Of a stretch of 64,000 nucleotides of DNA, positions 52,101 to 64,000 are shown piece after piece. The stretch spans positions 101,494,001-101,558,000 of the forward strand of contig OZ024742.1 of the NCBI GenBank assembly GCA_964016885.1, in the 5' to 3' direction. Numbering within the stretch: position 1 is the stretch's first letter; each line of letters starts with the position of its first letter. Under the pieces are notes generated by a model. It was not told the origin of the DNA, made no database searches, and worked only from the letters and a program-made list of their open reading frames with translations. The DNA comes from Eledone cirrhosa (Eukaryota). The position numbers were made by a program, and so were the translations under genes.

Positions 52101-52235
52101 AGAAAGGCTGGCTATAGAAAGTGTAAGAACTATGAATGACAGTGCCTCAGCATATCCTCACCTAGTCAGCTGGAACAGATAAAAGTAAAAGAGTGTATAT
52201 CGATATATATATATATATATTGAGAGAGAGATATA

Positions 52236-53535
52236 TCATCATCATCATCATCATCATTTAATGTCCATTTCCACACTAGCATGGGTGAGATGGGTTGTCT
52301 TGTTGAGAGACAAGTCAAATCAGATAGCTGTGTCATGTTCACACAGAACTGTTTCTGGCTTGGTTTCTACACCTGGATGCTCTTCCTAACAGCAACCACA
52401 TTTACAGTGTGCCATTTATTGTAACACCAAAATGACCACTTTACTGTGTGGACTGGGAGCCTTTGTTGTGGCACCAACATGACCATTTTACAGGTTGGAT
52501 TGCGAGTTTTTGTTGTGTTGAAAACACACATACTTTACAGGGTGGGCTGAGCGATTATTGTCATGTCGTGCTACCAACTCGACTACTACACAGAGTAAAC
52601 CGGCCGCCTTCTGTCATGCCACAATCATAACCACCTTACAGGCTGCTTCCTGTCATGTGCTTAAAATGACCACCTCATGGGGGTGTGGTGACTGGATGCC
52701 CACCAGTACAACCACCCTGCAGGGAGGGTTAGGTGCTCTTTTGCCATGTTAGCTATCAGAGAAGACTCGATGCTCTTTTGTCATGACACCAATATGGGCA
52801 CCTTACATGGTGGATTAAAGGCTTTTGTTGTGTTACCAGCATTACCAACTTACAGGGTGGACTGAGAGTTAGCAGCATTGTGAAAGAGCATGTTCAGCTT
52901 TCCATATTTGTATACATGAGTTGGTCAAGAGAGGTACATCAAATGTGGTAAGGGTGGGGGTGTATGTTGAGTGGAGTGGGGTACTTAGCTGGTGAGGGGT
53001 GGAGTGATTAAGATGTGGGCAGATTATGGAATTTCCATACTTGTATACGTGGGTTGGTGAAGAGTAGTGCCATCAGATGTGGCAAGTGGGAGTTCAAGAG
53101 GTAGGTCTAGGGTGGTGTGGGGTACTTAACTGGTGGAGAGTGGAGTAATTAAGATGTAGGAGGAATATGGAAGTGGGGATTTGGTGTGTATTAGATAGAG
53201 ATCACTAGATGTTGCTTTATCTGGTACACATCGTAAGGTGGGTTTTCTGAAGTATTGCATAACGCCAGAGATCATGATCCTGTGTCATTGCCTGTGAGAA
53301 GCAAAATTGTGCGGGGTCAGTTTTTATCACCTCATCCCAACCTTTCCTAGGTCTTCTTTTATAGCTTTCATCAACTTTGAGCACTCTGCACTATTTTTAT
53401 ACAACTGTCATCGTTCATAGCATCACATGTCCATACCACAGCAATCTCTTCCCCTGCACACTGCATCTGATCCCTCTTATTTCCAGTTTCTCTCATATAT
53501 ATATATATATATTTACCTCTCTCTCTCTCTTACTG

Positions 53536-53581
<46 letters not shown>

Positions 53582-54350
53582 CGTGTATCATTATCGTTTA
53601 ACGTCTTTTTCCCACACTAGCATGGGTTACTCGATTTGAGGCAAGTCAGGTCAGGTGACCATGTCTTGTTCATACAGACATGTTTCTGGCTTGGTTTCTA
53701 TGGCTGGATGCCCTTCATAACGACAACCACATTTACAGTATGGACTGGGTGCTGTTTGACATGGCATCAAAATGACCAATTTACAGTGTGGGCAAGGGTG
53801 GTGAGTTGTATAAAGGTGTGGGTGAAGGATGGGTTGTTAGGATGTTGGTGGAGTGTTAGGGTATGGGAGGTGTATGGAAAGGAGAGGATATGGGTTAAAT
53901 GGTGCATACTAGATGTATGCTTCAACCTGTGCGCATCGTAAGACGGGTCTTCTGTATTACTGCATAATGCCAAAGATCTCGATCCTGTGCAAGGTCAGCT
54001 TTTATCACCTCATCCCAGGTTTTCCTACTTCATAGCTTCTATCAACTTTGATTGCCCTGCACCTTTGTATACAGCTGTCATCCTTCATATTACTATTACA
54101 CAAACTATTGGAGCATGCAGGCTTCATTTCTTTCATACATCGTCCAATCTGCCCATCATTTTGAGGGAAAAACCTTTTCTAGCTAGCAGCAGTAGTAGCT
54201 CTCTGAACTTTCTCCATCCCATTCTCATTCTGGCTACTATATTTTCGGAACATCCTCCTCCACTGCTGATTTGATCACCCAGGTAACAGAAACTGTCAAC
54301 TATTTCTACAGAGCCCTCTAGGCATTTGAGGGGCTAGTATCCTGTGGGCT
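52236..54350 (-). mobile_element. Cluster of decayed RTE 3' fragments and tails
   Basis: Similar to 26753-27700, including CAT-repeat tails and the GGATGCCCTTCC block. Boundaries approximate. Confidence 0.65.
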
Positions 54351-54619
54351 GTTCCACAGTACTGAAGTGAGGCCACTGACGTCACAGACAGGCCGAGGAA
54401 GTCTCTATCTTGCTCATGTACAGTCATTATCGAGTGCAGAGAAGAAGTTGTTGTGTCTTTTGACACAAACTGCGGGATCCTCTTAACCCCTCATTTGGCA
54501 AGCTTTCTATGGCTAGATGCCCTTCCTAACACCAACCACTTTACAGTGTGTATTGGGTGCTTTTATTGTGTAGGAAGGGTGTCATGTCCTTGACATAACT
54601 AATGTATATATATATATAT

Positions 54620-55115
54620 ATAGTAATAATAATAAATTAGAAGACTAAAATCCAAAGAGGGCTCGATAAGGATAAATATATATCAAATATATAAGAACCG
54701 TAGAGCAAATATTTATATACCATTTACGTGGTTTTGTCTTTGCGTGCAATTGTTCTCCACGCTCCACATGACGTATTATCTTCGTTTTTTCCGTTCGTTG
54801 CCAGAGAACATCTCTATGAACCACCTAATAGAATATTAGTCTACGACTTCTTTTATACCATAAACGTGGTTTTGTATTTGCGTGTAATTGTTTTTCACTG
54901 CTCCAAATAATGACGTATTATATTCGTTTTTTTCCCGTTCTTTGCCAGGGAACATTTCCACGAACCAAAGTATCGTCTTCCTGTCTTCCGGTTGCAACGT
55001 TTTTTTGAAATATTCACTTCTGCGTTTACAGATTGACTTTGTTAGTTTCAGAAGATCCCGTTAAGGGTGAAAGCGATTCTTTGCTTAAACTTTAATCTGT
55101 TATTTTAATAAATAT
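54620..55115. repeat. Helitron-related fragment with ~140-bp tandem duplication
   Basis: 54720-54822 resembles 54858-54966. 55000-55110 is duplicated at 55815-55925 inside the Helitron. Confidence 0.55.
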
Positions 55116-55516
55116 ATATATATATATATATATAGTAGGCAACACCTTCCTCAACCTTCTCCCCTTGCGGTAACCATCCTTCCCCTATTACCTACATCTG
55201 CAATTTCCCCAAGCTTCCTCCCTTCTCCCTAGGTCCAAGACAAAAGTGCCCAGTCCCCACTGCAAAGTGGTCGTGTTGGCTGACACGACAAAAAGCACCC
55301 ACCACACATTTTAAATGTGTTTGGCATTAGGAACGGTACCCAGCTGTAGAAACCAAGCCAAAATCTGCCCTGGGTAAGCTAAACATGGTCCTCTCACCCG
55401 ATTTTCTTCCTAAGGGTCAACCCATCCTACCCATGCTAGATGATCGTTAAATGATGATGATGATATATATATGTGTATATATGATGTATGTATATGTGTG
55501 TGTGTATATATATATG

Positions 55517-56886
55517 TCTATACTATAAAGCTGACGGCCGTATGTAGGTAACAAACTTTCCGCCAAACGGCTGGACCAAACAGCACCAAATTTGCACCAT
55601 AGATGTAACTTTTTCCAAGTAAAAAAGTGAGGGTATTTTTGTGTACTGAATTTTGTTAAAAGATTAAAGACATTATTTAAATATTCACTTCTTTAAAATT
55701 TCAAATGTCAACACTTCCAGTTATACGTCATTCCTTACTTTTTCTTATGATGTCGCACAACATTCCCCTCTTTTTCTTAGTCTGTATGTCTGGCTGTCTG
55801 CATTAGATAACGTTTTTCGAAATATTTACTTCTGCGTTCACAGACGGATTTTTTTAGTTTCAGAAGATCCCGTTAAGGGTGAAAGCAGCGATTCTTTGCT
55901 TAAACTTTAATCTGTTATTTTAATATATATATTCGTGTACAGATATTTTTGCATACACAAAAATAAAACCTATTTATTTCGCGAAAGCATAGACGACTTA
56001 TCGTCATTGTTACTGTTCGAGGTTAGAGGACCACAGTCTTGCCAAGATCTGAGAACCATCAATGGCTATCAATGTTCCACTTACCGTTTGGCTTGCCAGA
56101 TGCGTGGTATGTTACACGATGACTGCTATTGGCACCTCACCCTGCAAGAAGCAGCAACTGCTAAAGTCCCTTCTCAGCTGTGAAAACATTTTACTATTAT
56201 GCTGCACAACTGCGATCTCGCCGACCCTCTCGTAATGTGCAACAACCACCACGAAAGTCTAGCTGAGAACATCCGCACACGCAGACTCAATCAAAACGTA
56301 ATTTACGATGTCGTTTTCAATGAGGCGCTCATTTGTCTTGAAAACAGTGTCCTGGATATTGGTGGTAGGCCTCTAAGTCACTACAGCTTACCTGCTCCTG
56401 ACAGGAGTGTCCAGAGGTCAACGTCTATAGAGCTTCTCCGCAAGACGAGCTACGAAATCAGTAATTCTCCCATGGTCAATTGTATATAGGATGCTCTAGG
56501 GTTAGCTCACCAAACAATCTCTTCATCTTTGCTCCGGAGGGCCGAACAAAAAATATTGTATACTCTGAGGTTCTAACAATGTAATTTAAATATTTTCTGT
56601 TACTAGGAATTTCCATTATAGTTGTATAAATTATTGTTTAAAAAATTTGTTCTCTGTTCAGCCTTTATTGTTGTAACTATCAATTTTCTTTAACGTACTG
56701 GCTGCTGAACTGGAATCCTAAAAACTATTCAAACCCAACATCAGAGCACGTTAACCCCCACCCCTCTCTCTGACTTGAGAGGGCGTGCGGTATCTTTGCA
56801 CTGGAGTGTAGGGGGGATTCCTGAAAAGATAAAATGCCAGTATACTTAGTATACCTAGCCGGGCACCAGCCGGATGGGCCAGCTAG
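55517..56886 (+). mobile_element. Internally deleted Helitron with RepHel fragment
   Basis: 5' TCTATACTATAAAG. ORFs 55935..56183 (LLLFEVRGPQSCQDLRTING..TYRLAC..RGML.DD..W..TLQEA) and 56199..56489 match the RepHel linker region. 3' GC-rich hairpin then CTAG|T. Confidence 0.85.
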
Positions 56887-56981
56887 TATATATATAAATA
56901 TAAGTATATATATGATATATGTTTATACACACAAATCATCATCATCATCATCGTCTTCCACGCTAGTATGGGTTATTTATA

Positions 56982-57021
<40 letters not shown>

Positions 57022-57849
57022 GTTTGTACCACAAAACATCCAGCCCACATTGTAAAGTGGTCGTGTAAAAGACGCAGCATATAAAACCCAGCACACACTG
57101 TAAATGTGATTGGCATTAGGAAGGGCATCCAGCCGTAGAAAACCAACTAGAAACAGTCCTATATGAGCGAGACACGGTCACCCAACCCAAGTTGCCTCTA
57201 AATGGGACAAACCCATCTAACCCATGCTAGCATGGAAGATGGACGTTAAACAATGATGATGATGATGATGATGAGTGAAAGTGGAGGAGGTTTCAACGTT
57301 TTGAACAGAAGTCCTTCTTCAATATGTGTGTATATGTGTGTATCGTCATCATTTAACATCCGCTTTCCTTTCTAATCAAGGTTGGACAGAACTACATAGA
57401 CCAAGACAGTACTCAAGTGGGTCTACTGACCTTCCAGACAGGCCAAGAGGTCTGTATACTGTTTATGTACAGTCATATCGAGTGCAAAGGAGAAGTCGTG
57501 TTTTTGATACAAACTGAAGGGCTCACCTAACATTTTTTTTGGCAAGCTTTCTACTCTTGAGTCCAGTAACACAACCTCTCTAGTGCTGGTGACATGAATA
57601 ATGCACCCAGTCAACACTGTAAAGTGGTTGGTGATAGGAAAGGCATTCAACCAGAAAAAAACCTGGCAAAATTATAGAAAACACAATACATAAGATTCAC
57701 ACTAATTGCCTATACAGGGCTAACGCTAGTCATGTTAGTGCTGCACATAGTATTGGGGTAGCTAGTGTAGCCATGTGTTAGAACCTCTCAACTGTCATCA
57801 AGCAAGTGCACAGCGTTTTTCCCTTCCAGGTACAAAGAACTGCTACTCA

Positions 57850-60555
57850 AGGAACTAGGTATCAACTTACACATCTCAGGACTGCCACCCTCAATGTTGG
57901 CACCCTGAAAAGTAAATCAAGTAATTTGGTTTCATGTCTGGGAAAAGCACTACAGATGCCCTCTTCTTAGTGAGGCAACTTCAGGAGAAATTCCTAGCCA
58001 AGAATAAACCACTATATTTGTTGATCTAGAAAAGACCTTTCAGAGAGTACCTCAAACTATCATCTGGGGTTCCTTAAGGAAATTATGTATAGAAGAATGG
58101 CTTGCAAGAGCAGTGCAAGCTATATACAGATCCGCTGCTAGTAAAGTGAGAGTAGGAAGTTAGATTAGTGAGTAATTTAAGGTGCAGGTAGAAGTTCATC
58201 AGGGATTGGTTCTCAGCCCACTGCTGTTCATTATAGATCTCCAGGCCATAACTGAGGAGTTTATGAGTGGCTGTCCATGGGAATTTCTCTATGCAGATGA
58301 TCAGGTTCTTATAGCAGAATCCATAAAAACACTAGAGAATAAGCTCCGACTATGGAAACAGAATTTGGAATCAAAAGGGCTGAGAGTAAACTTAGCCAAA
58401 ACTAAAGTGCTAGTAAGTAGGACCCTGATTCCTTCATGGAAGTGGCCCTGCTCAGTGGAAAATGAGTCCATAATGTAATTCTTGTTTGCACAAGAGATGA
58501 AGTGGGATAACAGGCAGACTAACAGATAAGGAAGACTATGTAGAAGATATATTTGGAATCAATGGGAAGATCTGTGATATAAATCTTTTCCAATCATATG
58601 AAGTATCCATAGAAGTGGTTGATAGCTTCTGCTATCTAGGTGACTTAATCAGCAGTTGAGGAGGGTGGTCTGAGAACATAATAGCTAGAATAAGAATAGA
58701 ATAGAAGAAATTTAGAGAGCTACTCTAATTGTTGACAACAAAGGCACAAAGACAGTTGTATGGCAGTTGTGTGCCAAGTGTAATGCTGTATGTTAGCAAA
58801 ACATGGGCAGTGACTGCAGAGAACATGCGTAGGCTGGAAAGAAATGAAGCAACTATGTTTCATAGGATGTGCAATGTAAATGTGAGAGAAAGGCAGAGCT
58901 TGGATTAATGAGGGAGAAACTAGGTTTAAAAGGAATCCAAAGTGATGTGCAAAAGAGAAGACCGCATTGGTATAGGCAGGTGATGCACATGGATGATGAT
59001 TGCTGGGTGAAGAAGTGCCAAGTATTCCCAGTAGAAGGAATCTGCAGTAGAGGAAGACCTGGGTGGAGACGGTGAGAGCTGATCTCAAATTGCTGAGACT
59101 CACAGAAGAGATGACAAAGGATGCAACGATTGGAGGGATGCTATACTGAAAAGGACCTGTCAAACCTTGTGAGCATGGGAAAACAGACATAAAAACTATG
59201 ATGATGGTGATGATATATATATGAGATGCTAAAAGCATCAGGTGAAGTAGGAGTCAAACTAGTAACCTGTATAGTAAATCAAGCAATACATGAGAGTCAT
59301 ACCCAATGACTGGTGCAGCAGTACAATCATAAATTGTTACAAGGGTAAGGGTGATGCTCTGGAAAGGAGGAATCTAAACTATAATAAAGTAAGGAGCGCG
59401 GGACTGTGTACGATTTATAATTTTTTATCCCATTAGTAAAATAAGTTGGATTACCTTGAATAAATAATTGTTTCTACTTTAGGCACAAGGCCAGCAATTA
59501 CCCAGTACATTACTGGTACTTTATTTTATATCGACCCCGTAAGGATGAAAGGCAAAGTTAACCTCGGTGGGATTTGAACTCAGACTGTAAAGGGACGTAA
59601 CTATGCTAGAAAGCATGGCGTCCAACCCTCTACCGATACTACCAATTCACCGACTTTGAATAAATAATGAATGAATATTACATAATTTATCTACTAAATG
59701 ATTAAATATATTTTATTGTTAATTTAACGATTCACTTCTTTAACATTTTCAAATGTCAACACTTCTAGTTAGCGATCGCTTAAATAAACATATATATATT
59801 TCCGTCACTAGTTTTCTCCTAATGCAGTTTATATATAATATCGTATTTTTTTAATGTAATCAGTTACTGATTACATAAGAGAGTGTAACACAGTCTTCGT
59901 TCAATTTCTGTTTTTATTTATTATTCAATTATTTTATTTATTATTCAATTATGATTTTATTTATTTGAGGTCTCATATCTACATGCTTATATACTTGCGT
60001 ATAATATCAATATACACACTACACATGCTAGCAGAAAACCACCCGAAGGGTGGTTTTTCTGCTAGTAAAACTAATGGACCAAGTTATGAGAGTAACAGAA
60101 AGAGTTATAGTGCATCTAATTAGGGAAAGAGTCAAAAGTGATGAGATGCAGTTTGGTTTCATGCCTGGGAAAAGTACTACAAATGCCCTCTTCTTGGTGA
60201 GGTAACTACAAGAGAAGTTCCTAGCCAAACAAACCACTGTTTTTAGCTTTTGTTAATTTAGAGAATGCCTTTGACAATACCTCAGTCTATTATCTGGTGG
60301 TCTTTAAGGAAATTAGGTATAGAAGAATGGCTTGTAAGAGCAGTGCAAGCTATGTACAGAGGAGCTGTTAGTAAAGTGAGAGTAGGAAATGAGTTTAGTG
60401 AGGAATTTAAGGTACAGGTAAGAGTTCATCAAGGTTCAGTTCTTAGCCCACTGCTGTTCATCATAGTTCTCCAGGCCATAAGGCCAGAGGAGTTTAAAAC
60501 AGGCTGCCCATGGGAACTTTTCTATGCAGATGATTTGGTCCTTATAGCTGAAACC
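57850..60555 (+). mobile_element. Two decayed RTE LINE segments in tandem; the second is interrupted by a Helitron
   Basis: ORFs 58182..58478 and 60265..60591 (QGSVLSPLLF, YADD) and 58869..59075. Confidence 0.85.
59373..60065 (+). mobile_element. Non-autonomous Helitron inserted in RTE, carrying a nested SINE
   Basis: A|TC...CTAG|T. Removal restores RTE codons GGA ATA AAA CTA ATG GAC CAA (GIKLMDQ). Shares a block with 55685-55722. Confidence 0.85.
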
Positions 60556-60814
60556 CAAAAAAAGTATCTATCTTCAGGACTGCTCATGTGATCATGTGTA
60601 TATATACATATATGTACACATAAAAGTAAAGTTGGAATCAATTTAAGCCCTAATGTTTGAAATAAAAGACCTTGATATATTTAAGATTGTCATGCAGTAG
60701 CAATTATTTGTTTATATTTATTTCAGCATGGTTTGAAATATTCAAATCTTTTTAGATTTTAACAGAAAATTTCAGTATCTTTGGAAACCTAATTTTTCTG
60801 TTTTTTCATTATAG

Positions 60815-60865
60815 TCGAAAGATAAAATGATGAGAGGGGATCGGCGTAGATGTGTCCGATTAAAG
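60815..60865 (+). CDS. OSBPL9: OSBPL9 exon 2 (PH domain)
   Basis: ttatag acceptor. SKDKMMRGDRRRCVRLK. GTAAGG donor. 51 nt, phase 0->0. Confidence 0.93.
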
Positions 60866-62376
60866 GTAAGGTTCTGTTCTTCTTTAAAAAATGTCAAACT
60901 TGTTGTTTGCTTATACATGTTATAGAATTATGATTTTTATTAGTACTTGTTGCCCTGATGAAAAATGTAACCTGCAACATAGATTAGTTACCAGCAACCT
61001 TAGAGTAAGTACAAACAGACTTGAGAGACAAAAGCTGATCTGGTGAATCAAAACACAGAAGCTGAAAGAACCCTCTGCTGTTAAAAAATTGAGAGAAATC
61101 CTACTTGACTCTTACAACAGACTGTGTCTGTAGCAGTAGCAAAACAGAAAGTGAGAAGGTGGGAGAATGTCAAGGTAGATAAAGACATAGTATTATTTAT
61201 CCTCAAATTATGAGTAAAATATTCTATTTTGGTAATTTCAGTCATTTGTTAAAGTTATTCGATTTATTTTGTTGTTATATATATGGAGCTAAGAACTATA
61301 TATTATTGGCGTGTGTGTCTATATGTATGTAGGGGGCCCTTAACTCCTGATGGGGTTGTAGAGGCACTCTCCTGATACATAGTGTACCTTGGGCATTTTA
61401 AACCTGGGGAGGAAGGAACTCTGTCCCAAAGCTGTAACATAGCCAATGTCTTCCAGAGAAAAAAAAAAGAGTGAGATAGAGAAAAAATTGATTCCAGTAT
61501 TGGACTGGTACTTTATTTATCAATCTTGAAAGTATGAAAGACAAAGTTGACCTTTAATGACTTTGCCAATTTTCTGCCTTTTCATCTAACTCATGCCAGC
61601 ACAGAGAGATAAAAATGTGTTCCCACAACCACACATATTGTACTTCCTCTCTCACTCTACCTCCTTCCCAATTCATTTCCTTGCACAACCAATGCTAGTA
61701 TGGAAAGCCAGCCACATCTCCCAATATACAACCAGACACAACTCTCTTTCTCTCTCTCCAAAGCCACTCCCATGATATGATGCTTCCTCTCATGCAGTGA
61801 TGACCCCCCCCCCCCGCCAATGCATCCCCAGTAATGGTGCCTCAATAAAAATACACTCAACCCACTTTGTAAAGGGATAGTGCTGGTCCCATGAAGAAAA
61901 GCACCCCGACTCCACCTTATAAAGTGGTAGTGCCGATACCACACCAAAAGCACTCTATCACCCTGTAAGCTGATAGTGCCAGAGTCATATCCAGTACACA
62001 CTGTAAAGAAGTTGGCATAAGGAAGGGCATCCAGCTGTAGAAACCAAGCCCAAAATGGAACTTACAACCAAGACATAGTCAGCTAACTAGTCTATCCTGA
62101 AAATGTGACAACCCATCTAACCCATGCAAGCCTGGAAAATAAATATTTAATGGTGATGATGATGATATATATATGTATATATAACTTACAAATAAAACAT
62201 AAAATGCTATATACTTTGGGGTGGTCTCTAATTAAACAGTGTCATTTCCATGGGTTCAGCTAATATTTATTGAAAGCTTATGCAAGAATGGTACATTGGA
62301 AATTTAGTATATATTTTCTCTTTGTGTCATCACATGCATATTCAGTTGCCTGTATTTTTTTTTTGTTTTTTTACAG

Positions 62377-62455
62377 GGAGCTATAATTGGTATTGATGAT
62401 GAAGATGATAGTACTTTTACTATTACAGCCAACCAGAAAACCTTTCATTTCCAAG
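62377..62455 (+). CDS. OSBPL9: OSBPL9 exon 3 (PH domain); gene continues beyond the window
   Basis: Poly-T then acag acceptor. [32 protein letters not shown] donor. 79 nt. Confidence 0.94.
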
Positions 62456-63049
62456 GTAAACTTTTCCTACTATCTCATTCTAAAATAACATTTAATCATT
62501 TCACATTTGTTATTGTTTATTTCTGGACATACTTTCATATAGCTAGAGCTACATTATGCTGGTAAGGATATAATTTGAGAGCAATCTGATTGCTATTTCT
62601 AGCAGAAATATATTTATAGTGTATATAATAATGGTTTCTTATTTACGCACAAGGCCAGCAATTTTGTTTAATTCCTTTTACATACTTTCATAGGTTGGAT
62701 GATATTGGGAAACTTAAATACTACTGCATTGTCAAAGCAGTCATTTTTTCGGGCTTGATAAAATAAAGTACAAGATTTAATCAACTTTGCCTTTCCCATA
62801 AATTAAATGTTCTTCTGCCTAAATTATAAATCCATAAATATATATATATGATATAAAGACTTTGCAACTTATGCCAGTAACAAACGGATTGCGGTATTGA
62901 TCTCCAGTTTTAAATACCTAGTATCCAATTCATGTAACTGCATTGAGTGTTGAAACAGGTATCACTTGTAGGAATTTATATGACAATCATCACTATATAT
63001 TTATATATATATGTATATATATGTGTATATATATATGTATATATATCAT

Positions 63050-63340
63050 CATTTTCATCATTTCATTTTACGTCCACTTTTTCCCTGCTTGCAAGGGTGG
63101 GACGGGAACTGATTCTGGCTTTATTTCTACAGCTGGATGCCCTTCCTAACACCAACCTCATTTACAGTGAGTGCTGGGTGCTTTTTTGCCGTGGCACCTA
63201 CACGACCACTTTGCAGTGGAATGATAGGGACCTCAGTCCCTATCATCTCATTTCTACAGCTGAGTAAACTGGAGCAATGTGAAATAAAGTGTCTTGCTCA
63301 AGGAAACAACACATCACCCGGTCTGTTGTTTCCTTGAGCA

Positions 63341-63341
<1 letters not shown>
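63050..63341 (-). mobile_element. tRNA-headed SINE, 5'-truncated with fold-back
   Basis: Near-identical to 7858-8135, then an 18-bp inversion. Confidence 0.82.

Positions 63342-64000
<659 letters not shown>

Overview
AT-rich, repeat-dense animal genomic DNA. The SINE/RTE repertoire and (TA)n/(CAT)n load suggest an octopus or other coleoid cephalopod (inference only). Two spliced genes sit head-to-head with only 221 bp between their ATGs. One is a complete 12-exon DEPDC1-family gene on the minus strand (46775->3117, 2367-nt CDS, 788 aa, all introns GT-AG and in phase). The other is the first three PH-domain exons of OSBPL9/ORP9 on the plus strand (from 46997, continuing past the window). Introns hold RTE, CR1/L2-group, R4-like, CRE-like and Penelope-like retroelement relics, an LTR relic with a tRNA-Trp primer-binding site, several non-autonomous Helitrons, TTAA- and TA-flanked MITEs, tRNA-derived SINEs and mini/microsatellites. 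The most notable signals are: (1) two hammerhead-ribozyme motifs in DEPDC1 intron 8, one with a compensatory U3-A8 core pair; (2) a CDE/CHR plus 32-bp-spaced CCAAT architecture in the shared promoter; (3) a genomic Arg codon at a conserved Gly of the ORP9 PH domain that one A-to-I edit would restore; (4) a frame-symmetric 831-nt exon at the position of the human DEPDC1 cassette exon; (5) a Helitron with a fully palindromic 3' end in a triple-nested insertion; (6) one homologous block near the 5' end of three consecutive introns. Everything was read by eye and no searches were run.
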